Assembly (NCBI GenBank): GCA_033648345.1
Contig: GCA_033648345.1_4121.1
From: a phage
Strand: one strand, 5' to 3'
DNA length: 64,000 nucleotides
A program made the translations under genes and the position numbers. Below, one piece after another: positions 41,318 through 50,890 of the stretch (within the stretch, counting starts at the first letter, position 1; every line of letters begins with the position of its first letter). The notes under the pieces are model-generated. The model saw only the letters and a list, made by a program, of their open reading frames with translations, had not been told where the DNA came from and made no database searches.

Positions 41318-41697
41318 TGCGTCAAATGCACAAAGTAACCGAGCTAAACAAGCGTCTGATTAAACAATCAATGTTTGAGGATAAAGAGTCTTACTATAAC
41401 TTCAAACGTGCTGTAGAGGCTGCTATCCACATTCAGAAGCTTAAAGATAGTGGATGTATTATTCTCGAAAATGGTTCTGACGTTGTTACTGATGACTTCA
41501 GTGTAGCGTTTGATGTTTCACCTGATGGTTCGCTATCAATGCCACGCTTAGGGACTGGTGACATGACTGTGTGGGTAGGTTTCACTATGGGGAATGTACC
41601 AGGCACGGTGTATGTAGATGATGCTGAGTTGAAAGAAAGCTTCAAAAACTTATCGCATCTTGAACCACAATACGCACATGAAATGAATTTATTTTGA
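41317..41697 (+). CDS. hypothetical protein
   Basis: ORF in track, ATGA-coupled. Confidence 0.45.
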   Translation: MRQMHKVTELNKRLIKQSMFEDKESYYNFKRAVEAAIHIQKLKDSGCIILENGSDVVTDDFSVAFDVSPDGSLSMPRLGTGDMTVWVGFTMGNVPGTVYVDDAELKESFKNLSHLEPQYAHEMNLF

Positions 41698-41698
41698 G

Positions 41699-41726
41699 TT
41701 GACAAACTCATTCAGTACTGTATAAT
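41699..41726 (+). promoter_or_regulatory. early-type promoter TTGACA-N16-(TG)TATAAT with CAGTACTG spacer
   Basis: ttgacaaactcattcagtactgtataat. Confidence 0.6.
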
Positions 41727-41773
41727 GTTTATCAAGGGGATGAACTTCTCATCCCCACAATCGAGGAATTGTC

Positions 41774-42328
41774 ATGATTACTTTTAAGAAAACTGCTAAC
41801 CACATCCATGAGATCTACATTAACGGTCACAAAGCTGGCCTTCTTCGTTTACTCGCCCATCATCCGAATATTACCGTATCTGATAATGAACCTAAAGATT
41901 GGCGTGTATTTTTCTTTGGAAAGTACAGTGATTTTCAAGTATCAAACCTGAAGAACATTCGTTCAGTATGCACGTTAACTGAAATTAAAGAAAAGTTAAC
42001 CAAAGCATTGAAAACTAATCCAGATAGTGTTCTTCCACCTGATAACTTTGTAGAGAAAGGATATGCCTTAGCTCATTTCAAAGATGGTACTATTCAATCT
42101 ATCAGTACTGAATATGAATATCAATGGACTGAGTACTTCACTTATGGATCGCGTAATACATTGATGGCTTCACGTAGTAAATTGGAAGAAGTACTGACTC
42201 GTATGAATGAACGCGAGCGTCAATTTTATGACAAACCAGAAATGTGGAGTTCAACTTACATTGACCGTATTGACTATGTTATTATGACTCCAATCTTTGA
42301 CACTGCTTACTATGATTCTTTGAAATAA
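41774..42328 (+). CDS. hypothetical protein
   Basis: ORF in track after GAGGAA. Confidence 0.5.
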   Translation: MITFKKTANHIHEIYINGHKAGLLRLLAHHPNITVSDNEPKDWRVFFFGKYSDFQVSNLKNIRSVCTLTEIKEKLTKALKTNPDSVLPPDNFVEKGYALAHFKDGTIQSISTEYEYQWTEYFTYGSRNTLMASRSKLEEVLTRMNERERQFYDKPEMWSSTYIDRIDYVIMTPIFDTAYYDSLK

Positions 42329-42544
42329 GGATAACTTATATGAAACTACGTACTCGTAATCGACTGATGGATGCACTGTACCATGAACAGCTTTCACTGA
42401 ATGAAGTGAAGCGTCAGTTAATGTACACATATCTGTTACCCGCTCGCATTGCAAAACAACGTGCTAAAGAATTGCTGAAAGAAGCAATCGAGTACTGGGA
42501 ATCTGATTCGTACTAATTGTCACGTTAATTAAGTGAGGCGATAA

Positions 42545-42796
42545 ATGAAAATTTTATTAGTTCTAATACTACTAATTGTTTTACCATTTACGTTAGTATC
42601 CCCTGAACTTGCATGGAATGTGTTTGTGTACTTACTATGTACTATTGTAGTAAATGGTATCTTGTTCTTAGTTCTATTCATAAATGGAATAGGACACGGT
42701 GGAGGATGGACCAGTACTGCTGATATTGTACATAAAACCACTATGTCTTTATTTGTAGTGTGGAATTTATTCTGGACTTGGTTTGTGTTCTTCTAA
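42545..42796 (+). CDS. small membrane protein
   Basis: hydrophobic throughout. Confidence 0.4.
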   Translation: MKILLVLILLIVLPFTLVSPELAWNVFVYLLCTIVVNGILFLVLFINGIGHGGGWTSTADIVHKTTMSLFVVWNLFWTWFVFF

Positions 42797-42805
42797 TTAA
42801 AAAAT

Positions 42806-43177
42806 ATGAATATAGATTTGAAAGGTGCAACCCGAACTGTCATACTCATTGGGGAATATGCTATCAAGATTCCAACCTTTAAAAGTTGGAAGCTATTCTT
42901 AACAGGGATGATAGCTAACCTCAATGAACGTTCTTGGATGCAGTACTCCAAGCGTAGTGATAGTGGTATCTGCCCTACGTTGTGGTCATCATGTACTGGA
43001 CTAGTAACTGTACAGAAACGTTGTAAGCCAGTACAACATAGGGGTTTATTTTGGGTGGAGTTGTGTGCTTTAGCATTGGATTCAGAGTTGAGTACTGACT
43101 TCTTCTATTCAGATGCGAAGCCAGAAAACTTTGGGTATCTGGGTGGTAAGTTAGTTAAACTTGATTATGGAGATTAA
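42806..43177 (+). CDS. minimal protein-kinase-like protein (123 aa)
   Basis: YAIKIP (VAIK-like), DAKPENFG (HRDLKPEN-like catalytic loop) and VKLDYGD (DFG-like) at kinase-appropriate spacing; no C-lobe. Confidence 0.45.
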   Translation: MNIDLKGATRTVILIGEYAIKIPTFKSWKLFLTGMIANLNERSWMQYSKRSDSGICPTLWSSCTGLVTVQKRCKPVQHRGLFWVELCALALDSELSTDFFYSDAKPENFGYLGGKLVKLDYGD

Positions 43178-43178
43178 T

Positions 43179-43601
43179 ATGTACGCACTGTATAATAAAG
43201 AAAAGAAACAATTTGCTAAGGTTGAAAAATCGATTGATACATTTGGCATGTTTAAGTACTGTATTGTGACGGACCCATATGCTAACTTGTATTACGTTCT
43301 TGATGACGTATCAGTACTGCAACGATTGCTTGAACGTTCCAAAAGCCAATGTCAAGGTATCCATGATGGTTCAACTTATGAAACACCTGAGTGTTCCTAT
43401 GGCTATCTGGATGGGTATGAGATTGTGAAGTTGGGTGCATTGTTGATTAATGAGGAATTTATGAAACTATGTACATGTGATGATTGTGGTAAACAAATAC
43501 CAGAAAGTGAAGTATATCGTAATGAAACTGCATTCGGTGATGATGGTGACTACTGTCAGGATTGTTTTTACGAGAACCATTATGATTTTGGCGATGATTA
43601 A
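43179..43601 (+). CDS. hypothetical protein with Cys-rich C-terminus (possible zinc ribbon)
   Basis: track ORF trimmed to ATG 43179; CTCDDCGK...DYCQDCF. Confidence 0.45.
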   Translation: MYALYNKEKKQFAKVEKSIDTFGMFKYCIVTDPYANLYYVLDDVSVLQRLLERSKSQCQGIHDGSTYETPECSYGYLDGYEIVKLGALLINEEFMKLCTCDDCGKQIPESEVYRNETAFGDDGDYCQDCFYENHYDFGDD

Positions 43602-43605
43602 AACA

Positions 43606-43640
43606 AAGGGTTGACTTCGGTCAGCCCTTTTTGTTATAAT
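43606..43640 (+). promoter_or_regulatory. PeSL cassette upstream of denV
   Basis: gggttgac-TTCG-gtcagccc then tataat. Confidence 0.7.
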
Positions 43641-43668
43641 CATTTCATCGAAACGAGAGGATGAATAC

Positions 43669-44145
43669 ATGACACGCATTAACTTAGTACACGTTAAAGA
43701 ACTTGCTGACCAACATCTGATGGCTGAATATCGTGAACTCCCACGTGTATTTGGTGCTGTACAAAAACACGTTCAAGCACGTAAGCGTGTACGTGATTTC
43801 AAAATTAACAGTACTTACCTGTTAGGTTCAGGTCATGTAACATTCTTCTACAACAAGTTATTGTACTTACAGAAGCGTCATATTGAAATTGTTAACGAAT
43901 GTTTGCGTCGTGGTATGAAGATTCAAAACATTGAATTAAACGACATTAGCGGCTTCCCTGCTGAGTTTTGTAATGACTACGTACCATCGGAGTCAGAGAT
44001 TAAAATGTCTCGTGAGCGTTTGATTGAGAAGCTACAGATGAAGCCTACGTGGTATAAGTTTACTGATGTTGAATGTCCACAGTACGTTAAAGATATGTTG
44101 AATGAAATTGAAGAACAAATCAAAGATGAAATGAATAACTATTAA
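43669..44145 (+). CDS. denV: DenV-type pyrimidine-dimer DNA glycosylase (T4 endonuclease V family)
   Basis: MTRINL...[21 protein letters not shown]...KRVRDFKI...GHVTFFY...RPTWYK closely matches the T4 endonuclease V sequence as I recall it. Confidence 0.93.
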   Translation: MTRINLVHVKELADQHLMAEYRELPRVFGAVQKHVQARKRVRDFKINSTYLLGSGHVTFFYNKLLYLQKRHIEIVNECLRRGMKIQNIELNDISGFPAEFCNDYVPSESEIKMSRERLIEKLQMKPTWYKFTDVECPQYVKDMLNEIEEQIKDEMNNY

Positions 44146-44150
44146 AGGAA

Positions 44151-44185
44151 AAGGTTGACTTCGGTCAGCCATTTTTGTTATTATA
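44151..44185 (+). promoter_or_regulatory. PeSL cassette (weak -10)
   Basis: ggttgac-TTCG-gtcagcc. Confidence 0.6.
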
Positions 44186-44214
44186 GCTCTATCGAAACGA
44201 ATGAGGATTAAGTA

Positions 44215-44472
44215 ATGATTAAATTAAAATTTGAAGGTATGCGTGATGGGAATGGTAACCTAATCATTACACGAGGTACTAAAGCAGTACGATGCTTAGA
44301 AGAACATGGTATTGAATTTACTATTCCATACGATGATATCAGGATTAAAGAGGATACGGTACTGGAATTGCCACTCACTACATTTGAAGAATTGAATGCA
44401 TTTTGTCAAACATATAATGCACTAATCACTTTCGATGAACGTAATTGTGTTATTGAATTTTTACAACACTGA
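44215..44472 (+). CDS. hypothetical protein
   Basis: ORF in track after GAGGA. Confidence 0.45.
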   Translation: MIKLKFEGMRDGNGNLIITRGTKAVRCLEEHGIEFTIPYDDIRIKEDTVLELPLTTFEELNAFCQTYNALITFDERNCVIEFLQH

Positions 44473-44488
44473 TGATTAAGTAATAAAG

Positions 44489-44524
44489 AAAGGGTTGACA
44501 CTAGTCAGCCCTTTTTGCTATAAT
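44489..44524 (+). promoter_or_regulatory. PeSL cassette variant (loop ACTA, -35 TTGACA)
   Basis: gggttgac-acta-gtcagccc then tataat. Confidence 0.65.
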
Positions 44525-44552
44525 CATTTCATCAACTCAAGAGGATAAAGAC

Positions 44553-45326
44553 ATGACCCGTACAGAGAAAGCAATCCAAATCGAAAAGAACTTCAACAGC
44601 ATGATGGCAGCTTTGGAATGTTTACTTGATACCCAAGCTAATTCAATCAATTCCCTGATTGTATCTGGTAAAGGTGGTGTTGGTAAAACTTACAACGTTG
44701 ACCAGCGTTTACAGAAAGCTGATGATAACTTTGAAATCGACTACAAAAAGATCAGCGGTAAAGTAACCACTATGGGTTTGTACGAAGCACTGTATCGTTC
44801 ACGTCATGCCGCTTCAGTACTGTTACTTGATGACGTTGATATCTTCTCTGACGAGACTAATATTGATTTGCTTAAAGCTGTGTTGGATACGTCAGAGAAG
44901 CGTGTAGTTTCTTACGCGACTTCTGCTAAGTACCTGGAACAGCAGGGTATCCCTAAGCAGTTTGAATTCCGTGGTAAAGTAATCTTTCTGACTAACAAAA
45001 ACCTGTCACAGATTGCTAAAGGTAAAAGCAGCTTAGCACCACACATCGATGCACTGATCACTCGTAGTATCTTTGTTGACCTGCAACTGTTCACCAACGA
45101 AGAAGTGATGATTCACATTGAGAACATCATGAACAAAACTAACATCCTTGAAAACAATGGTGTTAACAAAAATGGTTGTAAAGCAATCCTGAATTGGATG
45201 CTGAACAACGAAGAACGTTTGCGTAGTCCATCACTGCGTATGCCAGTACTGATCGCTGGTCTGTATAATAAATTCCCATACGATTGGGAATCAATGGCAG
45301 AGAATATGTTCCTTGAGAAAATTTAA
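44553..45326 (+). CDS. P-loop NTPase with deviant Walker A (GKGGVGKT)
   Basis: SGKGGVGKT motif and LLLDDVD Walker-B-like segment; function unknown. Confidence 0.55.
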   Translation: MTRTEKAIQIEKNFNSMMAALECLLDTQANSINSLIVSGKGGVGKTYNVDQRLQKADDNFEIDYKKISGKVTTMGLYEALYRSRHAASVLLLDDVDIFSDETNIDLLKAVLDTSEKRVVSYATSAKYLEQQGIPKQFEFRGKVIFLTNKNLSQIAKGKSSLAPHIDALITRSIFVDLQLFTNEEVMIHIENIMNKTNILENNGVNKNGCKAILNWMLNNEERLRSPSLRMPVLIAGLYNKFPYDWESMAENMFLEKI

Positions 45327-45336
45327 TTACATGTAT

Positions 45337-45367
45337 TGACAGCACTACACTATGGTAGTACTATAAC
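45337..45367 (+). promoter_or_regulatory. putative promoter for membrane-protein array (TTGACA ... TATAAC, long spacer)
   Basis: ttgacagcactacactatggtagtactataac. Confidence 0.3.
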
Positions 45368-45393
45368 TTAATATTCACCACCGGAGATACGAT

Positions 45394-45732
45394 ATGCTTG
45401 AGTTTTTTAATTCAGATACAATGCTTAGTATTACTTTGATTTATCTGTTTGGTTTTTTCTTTTATCATGCACTAGTTGTAGTACTATGGTATTTTAAAAA
45501 GAAAATCGTTTTCAAACTGTATCCTGATGGAAACATTTCACTACTTCTTTTCACTATTATCCAAGGTATGTTTGCAATTGTTGGTCTTATCGCACACTTA
45601 ATTTATTGTGCTAATCCACAGTTGAACTCAATATCACAATATATTGTATTCCTTGGATTACTAATTTGGGTGCTGATATACTTGTTTAATATCATCATTA
45701 ATGGTCGAGCAAAAATTCGTGGGGACTTCTAA
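45394..45732 (+). CDS. small membrane protein, tandem-array family member 1
   Basis: hydrophobic helices; YFKKKIVFKLYP motif. Confidence 0.55.
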   Translation: MLEFFNSDTMLSITLIYLFGFFFYHALVVVLWYFKKKIVFKLYPDGNISLLLFTIIQGMFAIVGLIAHLIYCANPQLNSISQYIVFLGLLIWVLIYLFNIIINGRAKIRGDF

Positions 45733-46079
45733 TGTTTGAATCTTATCTTGAGTTTTTAAAGAGTAGTTCTGTTGCACATTCAATTGCAGGGATTATTCTA
45801 ACAGGTTATGTAACATTTTGGGTAGTTATGTTTCTAGGATGGTATTTTAAACGACAATTCTATAAGCGTAATGGTGAAGATTTTATGAATTCTGTTATTA
45901 ATCAATCGTTGTTTGCATCAACATTGATAGCATGTATTGTAGCAACACTCACAGGAAAGGTACTGCCAGCATTCTCCGCAGTTTACGGTACATTGGGTAT
46001 GATATGTGTAGTTTTTTACTTGATCATTAAACTTTGTTGTGTTATGATTGACCTTCGAAACAAGATACCGGAGGAATGA
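45732..46079 (+). CDS. small membrane protein, tandem-array family member 2
   Basis: C-terminus RNKIPEE; ATGA-type coupling. Confidence 0.55.
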   Translation: MFESYLEFLKSSSVAHSIAGIILTGYVTFWVVMFLGWYFKRQFYKRNGEDFMNSVINQSLFASTLIACIVATLTGKVLPAFSAVYGTLGMICVVFYLIIKLCCVMIDLRNKIPEE

Positions 46080-46414
46080 TGGAATATTTTTTACACTTAC
46101 TGCCGTGGTATATGAAAGTTAGTACTATGTACTATATTCTTAGTGCTGGATTCTACTTTCTGATGTGGTTCTTCAAACGACCAATTTCAGTATTCATCTC
46201 TGATAACATGCTGCAATTAAAATTACACGCATGGTTTTTTATGGCGATGTTTATGCCTATTATTCACTACTCAATGATTAGTAGAGGTTTACGTTCTAAT
46301 GGTGAACCAATTATATTAGTATTCTATTGGGGTTCAACTATTGCATATGTAAGTTTGTTGTTGATCCCAGCCGTTCATAAATTACGTGCTAAAGTTCCTG
46401 ATGCGAGGTACTAA
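46076..46414 (+). CDS. small membrane protein, tandem-array family member 3
   Basis: C-terminus RAKVPDARY. Confidence 0.55.
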   Translation: MMEYFLHLLPWYMKVSTMYYILSAGFYFLMWFFKRPISVFISDNMLQLKLHAWFFMAMFMPIIHYSMISRGLRSNGEPIILVFYWGSTIAYVSLLLIPAVHKLRAKVPDARY

Positions 46415-46728
46415 TGGATATCGTAACATTGATTTACACGCTTTATTCATTCTATTTTATTATGTGTTGGGTTGGATTTTTATTTGTATTGAAGATGTTT
46501 GATTATGTTGAAAAACAGATAAAAGAATTTTGTATTCCTTTTATTGGGTCAACCATAATTAGTATTACTTGTTTGTATTATTTGGTATGTGATCCACCTG
46601 TTAATACAGCAATGATTGACTTCATGTTATTACCAACAACTGTTATTTTTTTATGTAGTCTGATGCCACCGATTAGTCGTGGGCTAACCGAATTTAGACG
46701 CAATCAAAAGCGTAAACGAGGGATGTGA
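46414..46728 (+). CDS. small membrane protein, tandem-array family member 4
   Basis: hydrophobic; coupled. Confidence 0.5.
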   Translation: MDIVTLIYTLYSFYFIMCWVGFLFVLKMFDYVEKQIKEFCIPFIGSTIISITCLYYLVCDPPVNTAMIDFMLLPTTVIFLCSLMPPISRGLTEFRRNQKRKRGM

Positions 46729-47096
46729 TGGAAATTGCACTTATTATATTAACTGCTATGTTGTTTATTAGTACAATTGTTATTATTGGCAAGTTCTTCT
46801 GTGTATCCTTCTTGGAAACCGTATACGATGAAATTGCTGATGATTATGAATTACATGCGGGATTTTTTACTACGTATTGGATTAGTTTATTACTACTTAT
46901 CACTGTATGGATTTTACATATATTCAAATGGGGTATGGTAGATGGTGATCCAGTACTGGCAATTATCTGTGTAGTGTTTGGTCTACTCGGTGGTGCTGTC
47001 CATAATCTGATGGTAATTTGGCAAACCGTACAATATGTATTAGTTCCACATTTTCAGAGAATGCATCAAAGCATCAAATACCGCAAACGAGGATAA
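46725..47096 (+). CDS. small membrane protein, tandem-array family member 5
   Basis: hydrophobic; coupled. Confidence 0.5.
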   Translation: MMEIALIILTAMLFISTIVIIGKFFCVSFLETVYDEIADDYELHAGFFTTYWISLLLLITVWILHIFKWGMVDGDPVLAIICVVFGLLGGAVHNLMVIWQTVQYVLVPHFQRMHQSIKYRKRG

Positions 47097-47097
47097 C

Positions 47098-47460
47098 ATG
47101 AATAATATTGAATTATCTTTTATTGGTCAATTAATGGTAATGGCGTATACATTTATCTTCTCACTGAATGCATTCGTGTGCATTGGGAAGTACTTCCATA
47201 AGCGACCATTATCAAATATATATGATGTAATACAAAGGAGATATAGTCCAGCATATACTGTGTTGAGTACAGCATTCAATTTTGGTTTTATTCTAATGCT
47301 GGTTGCATTATTAACATCGAGTTTAAATTTTATAACATTTGGTATTATGGTATGTTCACTAACACTGAGTGTGGTTATTCTCTGTGCATCCGTTGAGTTG
47401 ATGGCGTGGATGTATTATAAGATTTCCGAAATCCATGACCGTTTAGGTAAGAGGAACTAA
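47098..47460 (+). CDS. small membrane protein, tandem-array family member 6
   Basis: hydrophobic; coupled. Confidence 0.5.
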   Translation: MNNIELSFIGQLMVMAYTFIFSLNAFVCIGKYFHKRPLSNIYDVIQRRYSPAYTVLSTAFNFGFILMLVALLTSSLNFITFGIMVCSLTLSVVILCASVELMAWMYYKISEIHDRLGKRN

Positions 47461-47461
47461 A

Positions 47462-47833
47462 ATGAGTTATCGTGAAATATTTTCGATCATTACTATTATT
47501 GTTTTTAGTTTAGGTTCTTTGGTGTGGTTATTGTATTACTTCTGTGTAACCCCAGTATATAATATGCTAAATTCAGTACGCTCTGATGTTGGTATTGTTT
47601 CTTTTATTATCTTCATGGCATATTATATGCTAAGTATCACAGGTTTGGTTTTGGTTGTTATCTTTGACCTTGGACCGAATCAAGATGGTATGGAGGTGTG
47701 GGAATTGATAACGATGTTTGCATGTATGATACCTGCATTTGGTGTATGTGCTGGTGTATTTTATGGGTTATGTAAAGGTGTGAACTACTTAAAAAATATC
47801 CACAATACTATTCGTAAAAAACGTATGTTATAA
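47462..47833 (+). CDS. small membrane protein, tandem-array family member 7
   Basis: hydrophobic; coupled. Confidence 0.5.
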   Translation: MSYREIFSIITIIVFSLGSLVWLLYYFCVTPVYNMLNSVRSDVGIVSFIIFMAYYMLSITGLVLVVIFDLGPNQDGMEVWELITMFACMIPAFGVCAGVFYGLCKGVNYLKNIHNTIRKKRML

Positions 47834-47834
47834 T

Positions 47835-47870
47835 AAAAATCCAGTACTATTATAGTACTGGATTAATTTT
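47835..47870. terminator. bidirectional terminator between convergent arrays
   Basis: ccagtac-N7-gtactgg hairpin flanked by A- and T-runs. Confidence 0.6.
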
Positions 47871-48993
47871 AATTATCTAAGCCACCAATTACACTGAACT
47901 GTGTGGTAACGTCTGAATTATTATCTATGTAAGTTCTTCTACCAACATAATATAGTTGTCCTTTAGCTTGAATAAAAGTTACGGTCCCTGTATTGAATGT
48001 TATAATATCATTGTATGTAATGTCAGGTGGTAGTGCTGCTGATAACGCAGTAACTTTACTTAATGCAGCACTAGCACTACCATTTATACCAGCAGCAATA
48101 CTACCAGTACCATAGAACTTATTATCTTTACCAATGAATACGTTGGCTGATGCTTGTGTAGCTGATGTTATTGCCTTACCAATTTGGAATGCGGTTCCTA
48201 TGGTGTATGGTGTGCTCCTGGCAGCGTCTATGCTTTGTGTATATCCATCCCCTAGCTGACCATTAACTTTGTCACCACATGAGTATAGAGTACCATTGTG
48301 GCTGTATATGATCCCACGGTTAGAGAAGCTAACAGCTTCTGCATTAGTCCATACTGGTGCGGTGTATGAGTTTACACGACTAGCGGTAGTTCCTAGACCT
48401 AGTATACCATATGTGTTATCACCACATCCAAACCATTGTCCAGAACTGTTTTGATAGAACACTGAACGTTCTGTTGATTCCATGCGTACAGCATCCACAG
48501 CACCACTTTTAACGAACGAAGTTGATGAGGATGTAGTACCAGTACCCAATGCACCATAAGTGTTTGTACCAATCGCATATATTGATCCTAGTGGTGTCAT
48601 AACACGTATGCAGTTATATCCCAATTGAACTTTACATTCAAATAGGTTGTCCCATATTTCAGGAACAGCAGAAAATAAATTTGTAATTTCGAACCATGAT
48701 GTTGTCGAACCAGTTAATCCTATACTGCTTTTGTTTCCTAAAATGAAAACAGTTTTGTCCTTCTTAATTATCCATGATGATAGGAAACCTATCTCACAGC
48801 TATGAACATTTGATTCTATTTGGGTAATATAATACTTAACTGTGTTATCACCCATGAATGCCGCAGCACCGGATGCAAAAAGGTTTCCAGTTTGTTTATT
48901 TAAAATGTAGTTATTGTTTCCATATACACTAACATCATAAGAACTTTCTTGTTTTTCGTTCCCATAATCAAATAACAATACGAAAGGTAACAT
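47869..48993 (-). CDS. RCC1-like repeat beta-propeller protein, array member 1
   Basis: MLPFVLLFDYGN N-terminus; repeats IYAIGTNTYGALGTGTT / WFGCGDNTYGILGLGTT / LYSCGDKVNGQLGDGYT. Confidence 0.75.
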   Translation of the reverse strand: MLPFVLLFDYGNEKQESSYDVSVYGNNNYILNKQTGNLFASGAAAFMGDNTVKYYITQIESNVHSCEIGFLSSWIIKKDKTVFILGNKSSIGLTGSTTSWFEITNLFSAVPEIWDNLFECKVQLGYNCIRVMTPLGSIYAIGTNTYGALGTGTTSSSTSFVKSGAVDAVRMESTERSVFYQNSSGQWFGCGDNTYGILGLGTTASRVNSYTAPVWTNAEAVSFSNRGIIYSHNGTLYSCGDKVNGQLGDGYTQSIDAARSTPYTIGTAFQIGKAITSATQASANVFIGKDNKFYGTGSIAAGINGSASAALSKVTALSAALPPDITYNDIITFNTGTVTFIQAKGQLYYVGRRTYIDNNSDVTTQFSVIGGLDN

Positions 48994-49070
48994 GATAAAA
49001 TCTCCTTGTGTTATACTTTATTTAATCATTTTATAATGTACAATTTTACAGCGATTTAATTGAGGTACTC

Positions 49071-49721
49071 ATGAATAAAAGAAGTAAGTTCTATCAAGAA
49101 TATTTCACTAAACAGAAACGATTCACAAAAAAATACTTTACATCATCCCACCGACCAGTTGCAAGTTACAAACGTCCTAATACTAACTATCTTACTGGTG
49201 GCAAGTTTAGTGCAAAGTTCGAATTACTTATGCGTGAAAAGAATATCAAGATGCATTACGCAGAGACGAGAAAAAACTCATCAATTATTTGTTCTGATTT
49301 TCTTGAGTACGGTTGCTTAACTTATAAATTCAATGATGTATATTTGTATATTGATGTTGATTGTAACAGTACTCTTATGTTTGAGATTTCAATTCACCCA
49401 AATCACAACCGTTATATAAACATTAACTTGATTGATAAAGTACTGATTGGTATATCTAGTACTGATGGTGGTGGATTTGAATTTATTGCTTCAAAATATG
49501 ATGAAGATTTCGTACTTTACCCAGTACTTGATGATGTGAAAGATATACTCAATTCATTAAAAGGAAGTCAATACAAATTATCTGAAGAACAGCTATTTCA
49601 GTACTCACTTATTCATGATGATATCGAGATATACTTAGAGTGTGCGAGAATATTGGAGTATCTTTATAATGAACTAACAACAACTGGTAAAGTGACAGCA
49701 TTCACATTATATAATATGTAA
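49071..49721 (+). CDS. hypothetical protein, EE-x-F-Q-Y-S motif family, embedded in minus-strand array
   Basis: ORF in track; SEEQLFQYSLIHDD. Confidence 0.55.
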   Translation: MNKRSKFYQEYFTKQKRFTKKYFTSSHRPVASYKRPNTNYLTGGKFSAKFELLMREKNIKMHYAETRKNSSIICSDFLEYGCLTYKFNDVYLYIDVDCNSTLMFEISIHPNHNRYININLIDKVLIGISSTDGGGFEFIASKYDEDFVLYPVLDDVKDILNSLKGSQYKLSEEQLFQYSLIHDDIEIYLECARILEYLYNELTTTGKVTAFTLYNM

Positions 49722-49728
49722 AAGAAAA

Positions 49729-49747
49729 GCCAGTACATAGTACTGGC
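49729..49747. terminator. bidirectional terminator hairpin
   Basis: gccagtac-ata-gtactggc between convergent genes. Confidence 0.55.
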
Positions 49748-49753
49748 ATTATA

Positions 49754-50890
49754 TTAAACTGGTGGAGAATTATATGGCTCAAATTTATAAGTTGTCGTAG
49801 CAGTACCAGCAATGGCGTTGTTAGCTAGTATGTACATAGTCCTGTAGTCGATTACCACTACAGTAATACTACCACCAAAAGCATAGTCTGTTATGTTATT
49901 AGTGTTGAATGGTAAATTAGATGAACTGGTCCATGTATTAGCTGTTGTGCTATTTGTACCATTGGAATAACCTACACTAGATGCACCAGTTGTCCATAAG
50001 TTTCCATCATTGAACAAGGAGACATGGTTAGTTGTATATGATTTATTAGGTATAGAACTATCAATTGGTGTATTCCAAACTTTAGTAACCCATGTTGTAA
50101 CTGCTGTATTATTAGTAACGCCATTACCTAATGAACCATTTATTGGTATACCTCTTATATAAGAAGTGTTAGTACTAGGGTCAACATATCCAAATGTATA
50201 TGTATCAAATGCAAATTGAAAACAATCAGAACTCGGTAATGTGTACAGTAATGTATATGAAGACGTGTTTATTGATGAATTTGTACCGTTCACGCCTTGG
50301 TATAAAATACCACTAGCCAATATTTGATTATTATTTTTTGTTATAGTGTTCATTGATGGATATGTTTTCACATCACGCACATCATTAGTCACATATGTTT
50401 GTGTTGATAATGCAACGTTACTACCATTACCTATAACCCCTGTATTTGCACCACTCCCATAAAGTGAACCATCATTCAAAAGAACCATTGTAACATTACC
50501 ATTTCCCGTAATTGTTTTAATATTACTAACATCCACCGCAGCAAATACAGTTGATGTTAAATCAGTGAAACGTGTATAATGTGATGTTGTGCCATTGATT
50601 GGTGTCGCAAAACCAGAATACAATATTCTATTTTCTTTGGTAATAAGGAATGTTCCAGTAACACCATTTGAATGGATATCAACAATATTATCTCCCATTA
50701 ATACCCAATCACTTACGAATGTTGTTGTACCAGTACCTAACCCATGTGTAGTGTTGTAACCACGTCCATACACTCTACCATCACTGAGTAATGTTACCAC
50801 ACATTGACCACCACCACCAAGGATAACTTTTTGGATAGTACTCTTTACTTTTATATTCCCGTACTTAACCATTCTTGCAAAAGGTAACAT
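49754..50890 (-). CDS. RCC1-like repeat protein, array member 2
   Basis: MLPFARMVKYGN; repeats YGRGYNTTHGLGTGTT / LYGSGANTGVIGNGSN. Confidence 0.75.
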   Translation of the reverse strand: MLPFARMVKYGNIKVKSTIQKVILGGGGQCVVTLLSDGRVYGRGYNTTHGLGTGTTTFVSDWVLMGDNIVDIHSNGVTGTFLITKENRILYSGFATPINGTTSHYTRFTDLTSTVFAAVDVSNIKTITGNGNVTMVLLNDGSLYGSGANTGVIGNGSNVALSTQTYVTNDVRDVKTYPSMNTITKNNNQILASGILYQGVNGTNSSINTSSYTLLYTLPSSDCFQFAFDTYTFGYVDPSTNTSYIRGIPINGSLGNGVTNNTAVTTWVTKVWNTPIDSSIPNKSYTTNHVSLFNDGNLWTTGASSVGYSNGTNSTTANTWTSSSNLPFNTNNITDYAFGGSITVVVIDYRTMYILANNAIAGTATTTYKFEPYNSPPV

